From: Antedon mediterranea
Taxonomy: Eukaryota > Animalia > Echinodermata
Direction of reading: 5' to 3'
Length of the DNA: 64,000 nucleotides
NCBI RefSeq assembly: GCF_964355755.1
Contig: NC_092679.1
Coordinates: 1,208,201 to 1,272,200, forward strand
Shown here: positions 11,991-23,154 of the stretch, one piece after another
Numbering within the stretch: the stretch's first letter is position 1
How the letters are laid out: each line of letters starts with the position of its first letter
Program-made: the position numbers and the translations under genes
The notes under the pieces: generated by a model
What the model was told of the DNA's origin: nothing
Databases searched by the model: none
What the model saw: the letters and a program-made list of their open reading frames with translations, nothing else

Positions 11991-14900
11991 ATGCCTCCAT
12001 TTGGTACAGATATTTTAGAGGAGAAATCGGAAATGGAATCGGTAAGTTTGCGTTCGTCAAAATGTTGTGCTGCTTCGTCGCCGAAAACTACCCGGTTGAT
12101 AGCGAGATCGTGTACGCCTGTCGCTGCACCAAGGCCTAAATCAACACCGGCTTCCCCAAAGCATGCTTGTTCTCGGTCATTTTGTAATACATCTTGTTTA
12201 TCAAATTCGCCGGTTTTTCGTCATCGCCAAAAAGAAGTTAAACCTATTAATGTGATCCCCAATATTGTTGGAACTAGACCTAGGCCTATGACTTGTGTCC
12301 GACACAGGCCCATCCAGCCTTGTGAACTCTTTCAAAAATTAACTGAATGGCCAAACACTATTATCATAGACAGTCGTCCATTTACTGAATTTACGAAACG
12401 TCACATCCAAGGTGCATTTAATGTTTTAATGAATCCAATGAGGAGGCGGCGTTTACTGGACGGTAAAATGACGGTTGCGGATATGATAAGTTGTGAAAAG
12501 GGGCGCTTGCAGTTGAAGAATCGTGCGGTACATGAAGTAGTTTTGTACGATGAGGATTCCGACACTTTAGAAAATGCACCAGCTAATAGTGCTGTGAAAT
12601 GTCTTGTAACATCTCTTGAAAAAGAAGGCTCTTTGTCTGTTTTTTTATTAAAAGGTTAGTTTAATACAATTTGTTTTTGTTTCTACGAATAATTAAATCC
12701 ATCTTTATTTAAGTTTACGCAACACAATTATTTTTTTAATCATCTTCCTGAACATTTGCCTCTTTACTATTCAAAAAAGAAAAAATAATGGTAACAAACT
12801 CTATCATCCAGGGACGTTAATATTATTGTAGTTGCTACAGTGTGTTTATTAAATCTAGCCATATGCATTTGTTTACAAATCATCTGATACAGATCCGTCT
12901 TTGGACTTTCCTATCTCTCTCTCTCAACTTAAAAGTTATAAATTACTTCATTTTGTATGCATACAATCGTTATCTAAAGTGCATACGTTGTTAAGCTTTG
13001 CAAAAGATAAACACATTTATGCTGTCCATCTTCATATTCAATAAAATTATTATTACTATATTATTATTAAAAGTAAACATGCACAGATACTATAATTTTC
13101 TATACAGAGTAATTAACTATCTAATCTGTCTATTTACTAATTTACTGTATTTTAGGTGGCATGAAAGAGTTTGAGACGCAGTATCGAGATTTATGTAATA
13201 TTGAAAATGAAGGTAAATCAAATAACTGCGAGAACCCAGACTCCCCCGTCAACACCCCGCTTCTGGAGCAAATAGAGAGCTGTTTCCTAAGGGCTACCAA
13301 AGAAGGGCCGGGCCAACCGTCCCCAATCCTACCGTGCATCTACATCGGCGGGGACAAAGAAGCAGCAGATCTAGACGCCCTTAGGAAGACGAACATTAGT
13401 TACGTTCTCAACATGACCACAAAACTACCAAACTACCATGAGAAAGCATCAGATATTACCTACCTAAGGATACCAGTTAGGGATAACAGCTTTGAAGACA
13501 TCTCAAGATATTTTGAACAAGCTTTTAATTTTATTGGTAAGGAAGTGATTTTATTTTTTCAATTATATCTTTGTAACATTGCAAGTCAATAACTGTTAAA
13601 TTGGTTATAAACCATTTAGTCAGCGATTTAACCTGCCCTTTGAAGACTAAAAAATTGATCAAAATCCGTCTTGATTTAGTTGAAGTTCGGTTTATGAATT
13701 AAAATGATGTCATTTTAAAGTTTTAGCTCGAACTACAACAGTTTTAGCTCGAACTACAACTAGAAGTCCAGTTTAAGAATACGGGCGTATGAGTGGATTC
13801 TAATCCAATCTAGTATTTAATTTCTCTAGTGTTTTTTATTCTCAGAACTCTCCTTTCTTGCGCAGTGAGACGTTCTTAGTAAAGAGCACCTCATAAATAT
13901 TCAAATTATATTTTATTATTCCAATTTAGACATTGAAACTCTAAACTTTAATTGTTAAAATGAAAGGTCCTTGAATACAAGAAAAAAAATAATAAGGAAG
14001 CAATACAATACATTGTAATTATCTTTAAAATAATATTTTAAAACCTGGTTCTTTTTAAATGAGGTAACTTTGTATATTTAGAAGTGTTCAGACCTGGAAC
14101 TTGGCTTTGTGCCAGACAACACAATCCATGTATTGTCTGTTTGTCTGTCTGTCTAGATAAGTCTATAATTATGAATAATAAATACAGTCAGTAATAGGTT
14201 TCAGTTTCTCTTAGTTCTCAAATGGTTGAATATACACTTTTTTGTCCTATTTACTACAGTAGTTTATACAAGGTTTATTTTTAATTCATTACTAATACTA
14301 TTATTTAAACAAAATATTAACTATTGCACTAAATTAAATCATACACTAAGCAAGATTTGCTGTACATTTTGAGGAGTTGTGTCATTGATAGTTGAAATAT
14401 AAGTTTACATTATTTAAAATAAAATTCACACCACACAGGCTTTTTATTTCTTTCTGTAGTAAGTGCATGTTCATCTATAAAAAAAACATTTTTATAAATG
14501 TAATTGATATTTCAAAATTCTCTTCCCTGATAATTAAATCATCGTTAATTGTGCTAATAATACCGCAAAAACCGCAGTCACTAGTTTGCTGATTTCCTCG
14601 CAAATTCAATTAGGCATTTGTGATTAGTGTCCGTATCACTTGGTGATGGTCGTCGTAGTCTAAAATAAAATTGAATATGTCCTTTTCATAAGAATACTTG
14701 GCATCGATAGACAAGCATCAGCTGTTTTACTGACGAATACAGTTAAAATAGATCTGGTGCAAATATGTAGATACGGTAAAAGATATCTACTGTAGAACAG
14801 TCCTATTCTGCTCTATGAGTTTCTTTTAAACATTACAAACCAAATGGTACGGTTTACATACTCAATAACCAATATATTGACAGTGACATATTTGGGTAAT

Positions 14901-16108
14901 TATAATAGGCAGAGTTTTATCCAGGAATTGTTTAAGAAAATGTTAGTGTTTTTTGGATTATGCTTCCAAGTTGGTTCACTTTTTCTTGCTGGGTAATAAT
15001 ATATTGCACTGTGGTTACTTCAGCTAAAACACTTAGTTGTAAAATTGATTTGGACTGTGCATGCTTTTAGTTCCTGTACAGTAATACTGTAATTCTACTT
15101 TGTTTGAATGTACAGAAGTTCCATAACTACTGACAAATAATAGTTTAGTAAACAGTCTTTTGTGCAACATTTTTAGGTCGTCTCAACTGACAAAACAGTG
15201 CAAATATGAACAACTGTGATACAATCTTTTTTTATAGAGTGCTTTTTATGTGTGATGATTGGTTTCTTTCCAGTACAATACATGGCTCAATATATCTGGT
15301 TTTTAATGATGAAAACGATTGTCAAGAAAACTTTGGTTTTGGAAGAGTTTTACTGCGTTTTGTTGAATTCCCACAGAAGCAGAAACTATAAAGTCTACTT
15401 TTTAGTTTTAGTTTTAAATTCAGAAGAAGCATTTAACAAAAATGACAGTTTAGATTTCAAAAGAAGGAAATTGAAGTAATGCTCATGTGATTTGCTAATT
15501 GTTCGTTCCAGCTTTGAATCTTAATAATAACAGGAAGTGTTGTTACAATAACTGCTGTGTCCAGAGGTTTTGTTATGATCCAGAAATAGTTACGTACTGA
15601 TACTGTACACGCATTACAACAATACAGTATATTCAAATGTTTTTTCTGGTACAATTTAAAATACCCCCCATGATGGTATACAGCATATTCACATAATGTG
15701 AATATGCTGTGTGTACCATCATGGGGGGTATTTTAAATTGTATACCATCTTTGATGATTCTTTGTCATTATATTCTGAGCATGCAGTATTATTAACCTAA
15801 TATAATGTTTCTTTTCTTCAGATTTAGCGCTGAAAAACAACTGTGGCATCTTGATTCATTGCCAAGCTGGCATATCCAGATCGCCTACCGTAACCATAGC
15901 TTACATCATGAAGAAGAACCCGCACATGACCATGTCGCAGGCGTACACGCTTGTCAAGAACAGACGAAGCGTCATTTCACCAAACCTTCACTTTGTCGGA
16001 CAGCTTGCCACATTTGAGAATAAATTGAAATCGAGTAGATCAAGTGAACAGAAACGGTGCCCTCTAGTTTCATCGCGGTCCAGTACACCGGTAGAGAGTG
16101 CTGTGTAG
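11991..16108 (+). CDS. DUSP10: Dual-specificity MAP kinase phosphatase, DUSP10/MKP5-like; exons 11991-12654, 13156-13536, 15822-16108
   Basis: Rhodanese domain ([10 protein letters not shown]...HIQGA, KIM MRRRRL, LKGG across the junction); DSP domain with IPVRD and catalytic [21 protein letters not shown]. Confidence 0.88.
15650..15742. repeat. Near-perfect ~45-bp-arm inverted repeat in DUSP intron 2
   Basis: tacaatttaaaataccccccatgatggta-tacagcatattcacat / atgtgaatatgctgtg-tg-taccatcatggggggtattttaaattgta. Confidence 0.9.
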
Positions 16109-16154
16109 CTATATAGCAATGTAACGATGTTTGAAATGAAACATAGTCATTGTG

Positions 16155-16678
16155 AGCTGAACTGAAGCACTGTATTTACTGCAGTGCAGTGTGAACTGAA
16201 CTGAAGCACTGTATTTACTGCAGTGCAGTGTGAACTGAACTGAAGCACTGTATTACTGAAGTGCAGTGTGAAGAATTGTATGAAATGAGGCGCTGTATTT
16301 AATGAAGCGCAGTGTGAACTGAAGAAATGTGTGGAGTGAAGCTCAGTGTGAACCCGAAGAATTGTGTTAAGTGAAGCGCAACAAGCGCTGTGTGAACTGA
16401 AGAGCAGTATTTACTGTAGCGCAGTGTGAACTGAAGCTCTGCAGCACAGTGTGAACTGAAGCTCTGTATTTACTGTAGCGCAGTGTGAACTGAAGTGCTG
16501 CATTTACTGTAGCGCAGTGTGAACTGAAGCTCTGCAGCACAGTGTGAACTGAAGCTCTGTATTTACTGTAGCGCAGTGTGAACTGAAGCTCTGCAGCACA
16601 GTGTGAACTGAAGCTCTGTATTTACTGTAGCGCAGTGTGAACTGAAGCGCTGCATTTACTATAGCGCAGTGTGAACCG
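16155..16678 (+). repeat. Minisatellite with 34-bp and 25-bp unit variants just after the DUSP stop codon
   Basis: Repeated gtgtgaactgaagctctgtatttactgtagcgca and gtgtgaactgaagctctgcagcaca. Confidence 0.9.
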
Positions 16679-19077
16679 ACGTAGCAGCTTGATGAGTTAT
16701 AAATAATTTGTAGTAGAGATCAGCTTTTTATAATGTATACAATGAGTGAGGTTTACAACATATTCCATTAGAAAGATAGATAGGGATGCAGTACAGTACT
16801 TTACAATGAAGTGCTTTGTTATACTAAACATTGCTGTTATATATAAAGTTCTCGTAATAGGTTTGTTGTTGGAGGTTTTCACTGAAACAATATTAACGCG
16901 ACACCAACATTAGTGTGGTCACTATTTTATGACCTGAGTAAAATGATCATAAATTGAAATCTGTCAAGTTTATGGAGTTTCTCATATTACGCTGTACTGT
17001 ACATCCACACTTGCAGACACACATTGGTGCTAAGTACAAACAATTACAAATGCAATTTATGTATATCAATGAAATTGGCACAACATTTTAAGTGGTGTCC
17101 ATTTTGTATGGGGTATTTTTGACAACAATGGTTGTGAAAAAATGTCTGAAACAAAAGTAGATAAAAAGATTTTGCCTGAAAATGCAATAATAACAGACAA
17201 TATTAATCGGTATACTAAATATATTTAGAAACAAATTTATTATGAACCTTTAATGTAGAAGATTCCTGATCTATACAATAGTCATAGCTTCTGGCAATTA
17301 AGGAAGTAGGGGCTTGAACTAATAACCACAACCACAAGATTTTAAGAAATAAAACAAAAATTAACATTAAGATAAATTTCGAATGATAGTTACTGTAGAC
17401 ACTTTGTTTACAGAGAAGTCGCATGCATCTAGCAAGTTGTATGATCATCAGTCATTGGAGAGGCAACTCGAACATGGCCTCTATTTCGACCTTCCAAAAT
17501 CCTTATATTAATATTGTAACCTTGTGTCGTTTTCTTAAATATTAGTTTTTGAATTGTTATTCTTAATGTATTGTGTATTATAATGTTGTTTTGTACATCT
17601 ATCTCACGTATCTATACTATACCTTTATTTAATCAATTGTCCATTTTTAAAATCAATTCTAAAGGCACATTCGGCGTTCCATAAAGGGCTCACCAACCTG
17701 CATGATGGGAAAATGAATTCTTTTTCCATTTTTTACAGAAATTCAAATTCTGTTTTTTTACAATGATTATTCAATGATTATTATACACTACAGAAAAAAT
17801 ATCAACAAGTATATGTTTTACTAAAGATGTTTATTGGTTAATATTATATATTATCTATACCTAGATTTATTCACATTTTTTAATCACTTTTTTTGGAACT
17901 CTGATACCTTTTACCAATGGGGTATTGATTATTATACCTCCAATCATGGTTTACGTTTGGGCCAATATACCTATTGTTTATGATTTAGTTTTTATATAAA
18001 GTATAATCCTAACAAACAAGAAATTTACTATATTGATAACACATTTATTTGACCAATTTTTGCTATCTTTTAAAAAAGTAATTTATATTGATATTTACGG
18101 ATTTCTTTGTTTTCATTCTCTTACCTTAAAAAGAAAAAACTAAACAAAAAGGAAAATAAATATATATATAACTTAAAAATGATCAAACTTTTGTTTTATT
18201 TTATCATACGATTAGTGTCGGCGAGCCTACGCATTACGTAATACGAACGTAGCAAACTGGTCATAACTTGACTCGGATCTTAAGTAATGAAACGTGGTTT
18301 CGCAACAAGATGTGAAGGCCGTGGTGGTCAATACGTACGTATTACGTCGATGACGTAATGTATTCGTTGATCATGCGATTAGTACGTAGTAGTCTGTTAC
18401 GTCGATGACGTAATGTATCCGTTGATCATGCAATATATGCGTGAGTTACGGTATCGTTTGACTCTTTAAATTAAAGGTAGTAGTTAATTTAGTTTCACAC
18501 CATGGTCATACCGGATCTAGCTTGATGGTTCCGATCCTCATAAGTGTTTATATAATTTGCAATTGGAATAAGGATGTATTGTATCTACATATAAATTATG
18601 CTTAATTCTGAAATATGTAGACAGTAATTGTATCATTATAATAATATTTTATTACATTGAATTAAGGATTTATCACTGTAGACCTACTGAAAAGTTTTTA
18701 CTGTTAAATCCAATCAAATCACGTCATGATCGGTGTATGACGATTTTTTATGACGTCATTTAATTGGATTTGTGAAATATTTTCGTCGAAGACAGTATAA
18801 GTCCTAGTTCTAGGATGAAAACACTTTCGTAATTTCTTTGAATAAAAATGTACCTATCGTCGCCGTTCGTTATCGTCCTAAAACAGACATTTTTCGTGCG
18901 CGAGCAAATTTAATTATGATATTTATTAAATGATACGATTTGTTGCAATGCCAATCTTAACATCGAAATGTTTACAGCGCCAACAAAAACGGGAACCAAA
19001 CGAAATAGCGCACTCTATCATCTTGTGGAGTATTGAATAAAACAAACATATTCTTCATGGATACCAGATTGCGAAAT

Positions 19078-22000
19078 ATGGCGTCCATAGATTCCGACGT
19101 TACAGGAAATCCATATGATATAACTAAGGATTTACCAAGCTTACAGTTTGAAAATGGACTTTCAGATTTAGAGAGAGATTATATGTGTTTACGGTCTAGA
19201 TCCCATGCGTTGACAGTTTCGGTTTGTGCTCAGGCAACTTATTTTATAGCAATTTTAAACGAGGCACGGTAAGTGTGTGATGAGTGAGTGTATTTATCGT
19301 AGGTCTAGGCTTCAGGCACAAAACTGTTCCTCTCTACACCACCACCACCGGGCAGATAAGGTCACAGTGCATTTCGGCCGCTGGTTATGGAACGCCCAAA
19401 TTCATGAAACTCCAAAAAGGACAAAATATGGCATGATCATTTTGGCCGCCAGGTATGGCGCGCCAAGTTGAAATAGCCAGAAATAACTCATTAACTGTAC
19501 AGTATTACAGTGAAAAAAAAACAAACTTTATCAAGTCTATGGAACGCCACAGAGAACTATGGTCATTTAAACTAGAGATCAGTTGTGCAATGGGCTAAAT
19601 ACATTTTGTTTTTGCCGTAGGCATAGATTTAAAGTTTTTATTAGTTACGGTATTTTACCGTCTGAATATTTTGGTCAAAATGAATATTGATTTAATGTTT
19701 ATTTTTTTATTTATTTTACAAGTCCCGAAGATGCGTGTGCTTTGTAAAAATGTGTTTTATGAATCAAGTCAAGTGTTTTTGACTGGCACATAAAAAAAAC
19801 TTCAGCATCACCTCCTAATTCTTATTAAAAAAATATCATTAATATTCACTGTAGTGATGGCAATGTGCACGCTATAATATCGCTGCTGTTTCTGGAATTG
19901 AAGACCACCGATTCGGCTTAATAATACAGTATTTAGGCCTAGTAAAATATTAACATTTTAACACACATGGCGTGTCATACATATTCAAGAATAATTACAA
20001 TTCTGGCGGCCGAAATTAACATTACATATTTTGTCCTTTTTGGCGTTTCATGAATTTGGCAATTCCATAACCGGCGGCCGAAATGACTGGCGGCCGAAAT
20101 GATCAGACACCGCAGAGGTCAGGTCTGGCCTTAGGATAGGTGACGCAAGTCTAGGCATAGGCCCTACATACCATAGGCTCTATCTAGGCCTAATAACCTA
20201 CCCAGATTATTATATTATTTATATTATTAGTAACTTGTGTCTTTATTATTAGCTCTGTGTTGTGTCTACTATATCAAACTTTATGTGACAAAAACAAGAT
20301 GTGATGTGCACATCACATGCCATGTGCTGTGTGGGCATGATATGATGATGTCATATCACTAATACCATATTTGGGCATATCACTACCATATTTAGGCACA
20401 TCACACTTTTTTTAGCGCTAATATTTACATACTGTGAAGGCATGGTATTAATGTTGTTACTTTTTTATAAATGATGTAGAAAATGCATTCTTGAAGCTAA
20501 GACACCAAATGTGTCAAAGACATCAAAGTTTCTTCAAGAAGCACCGCCAAGAGATCCAACCAAAGTTGGTGTAATTGGGTGTGGTCGCCTTGGACTTCAT
20601 CTTACCAACTGCCTTCTCACTTATGCTAATGTAGACCCTGAGGATATTAAAGTATCAACAAGAAAACCAGAAACACTTTGTGGGTATTTTGAACATTTTG
20701 TTTCCTCTTGATTGATATAAATATAGTATTAGTAATTAGTATAGGCTTAGGGCTATGCCTACCTTCTTAATAAAAAAGTAAAAGTAAATTAATCACATTA
20801 ATCACATGTTGTTTCATTTTAAATCAAAATCCTTGTATTTCAGCTTCACTTAAAGAAAAGGGTGTCAGATGCTGTAATGATAATGCCAGTGTGGCGTCAT
20901 CAGTCGATGTCTTGTTCTTTTGTGTTCTTCCATCTCAGCTTCCAACAGTCGCCAAAGACATTGCTGACCACTTGAAAGATCACACCATCATTTACAGCTT
21001 CCTTAGTGCCATACCCATCAAACGTCTGCAACAACTGCTTCACAGTGTCAACATTATCCAACCGGAGATAACATGGCAAGCTAAGAATGCCGATGCCTCG
21101 TGGAATGTGACACAGGATGTGAACTTGGCGCTGGAAAATCAACAACAAGTTGAAGTTACATGCCCTCTGTCAAGTTTCAAACAAGGTATTTAAAAAATGA
21201 ATGCTCTTTTTCAGACGTGTAATGTTTACATTATGAACTTTCCTTTATGGGAAGCATCCCAATAGCTGTCCTCGATTTTTAAAAACCACTGTATATGACG
21301 AAGTATAATACCACTGATCTCCCTAGGCTAACCTCGGACACAAGAGTTTTTCCATTCGAGTATACTCTCATAGGCCCCCTTGGACTATACTCAGTCTTTA
21401 TGGTACAGGTACTTACAATTTTGCCAATTTTAAAGTTCTCTCTTTTTGGCAAAAGAATAGATATATTTGTAAATGTCAGAATTCTTACAGTAACTACATA
21501 ACTATATTTATATACTCTCTTTGTAGAAGCCATTGTTGAAACAAATGAGAAATGGTTTGAACTTATTCTGTATGCATTTGTGAATGTCTGCAAACAGTTA
21601 CAAGTAGAACGAGAGAAAGCTGTAAACATCGTCAATATCGTTGTCTTAGGTCAATCGCCTTCGCGTAAATATCTTTCAAAATTTGTAACAGATGACTTCA
21701 CAAAAAGACAAGAGTAAGTCTATTGTTTCTAATTCGTACATTAAAGTGTAAGTTTTAGTGTGATGTACCCAAATATGGTAGGGATATGCCCAAATATGGT
21801 AGTGATATGACATCATCATATCCATATATGGGCACATCACATATTTGTCACATAAAGTTTGATAGTGTAGAGAGAGCTTAAGAGTTTTCTTTGATCAACC
21901 CATGTTACCCTCCCTGAGTTTGTAAGTCATCGACCTCAGCTCTCTAGTCTCTCAACTTGAAGTTGCAGTACCTCCCTCTTGTTGAGCAATGTATGTGTGC

Positions 22001-22194
22001 TTGTTTTTAGTATGTGGCCAGTGTTCAACTTGGGGGCAGTTGCTGCCAACCCAACGCCAGTAACCAGCACGATTACAAACAATGTTGAACTTCGTCAAAT
22101 GATGCACAAGAAGTATAAAAACAATTTTGATAAGTTTGTCTATTGGAAAGGCATCAAGCAGATCAAAGCTAAGGACAATGGCAATGATACATGA
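19078..22194 (+). CDS. NOXRED1: NADP-dependent oxidoreductase domain-containing protein 1; exons 19078-19268, 20480-20679, 20844-21185, 21527-21713, 22011-22194
   Basis: DLPSLQFENG...LRSRSHALTVSVCAQATYF N-terminus and Rossmann KVGVIGCGRLG...STRKPETL match recalled NOXRED1; exons splice in frame. Confidence 0.85.
19365..20089. mobile_element. Foldback/MITE-like element in NOXRED1 intron 1
   Basis: ~85-bp imperfect inverted repeats 19365-19452 vs 20002-20089 (catttcggccgc...ggttatggaa...caaattcatgaaac...aaaaaggacaaaatatg). Confidence 0.7.
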
Positions 22195-22339
22195 AGGTAT
22201 TCAGTTTAGTTTGTATCATATTATGAGGTTATTTATTTCGTTTTTAAACAGCACACATGTCAATAACAATAAATAAAATTTAGGAGTATATTATGTTATG
22301 TATTGTTTCAGTCGAAAGTTCCCCACCAAAAGTTGTTCA

Positions 22340-22628
22340 CCCCCTCTCTCTCTCCACTTTATTTCCACTGGACTACTCTCTTCCTCACCCCTCTCTATCC
22401 TCACCCCTCTCTTCACTTCATAACCCCACTTCCTCTTCCCATTTCATCTCTCTACATCTTCTTCACACTTCCTCTTCCCACTCCCTCTCCCCACTTCCTC
22501 TTCTCACTTCCTCTTCTCACTTCCTCTTCCCACTTCCACTCCTCCCTTCCTCTTTCCACTTCCACTCCTCCCTTCCTCTTTCCACTTCCTCTGTCCCCTT
22601 CCTTTTCCATTCCCCACTTCCTCTCTTG
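22340..22628 (+). repeat. Polypyrimidine low-complexity tract (cacttcctcttc-like units)
   Basis: Almost G-free C/T-rich stretch; source of spurious S/P/L/H ORFs. Confidence 0.9.
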
Positions 22629-23154
22629 TTATATATTCTGAATGTGCTTGTTCAAGCATGCAATGTTTACAGTTTGAACTATACCTTTATGAAAAGAATC
22701 TCACCAGCTGTGCTCGATTTATATATTATAAAACATCATTAGGTTACTCTAAATGTGTTGCATTGTAAATATTGAAACAGTTAGGAGTTAATTGAAATTG
22801 ATTTTAGTTATGATATTGGATTACATGTAATGAAATTGATCAACAGTAGACAAAAGAAGGTTTTGTATTTATTTATAGAAAACGTATATTGAATGTACAA
22901 AGAGAAAGTAAAGTGAAAACCTTTCATACAATTTCAGGTTTTTTGGCAGCAACTTAAAATTCAGAGCTATTTTTAAAATTCTTAAATTAATGAAATATAC
23001 AAAACAACACACAAAATGCACAGTATAACTGTACAGTTTAAATCTAATATATATATTTGTTTATGTACATATATAAAATAAAGATGACTATTATGTAAAA
23101 TTTTATTAATAAAGTTTGTGTTTCATTTAATTTACTATTAAAAACGTTGTTAAC

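Noticed and set aside
22293-22742. 149-aa and 112-aa S/P/L/H-rich ORFs
   Set aside because: Translation of a polypyrimidine low-complexity tract
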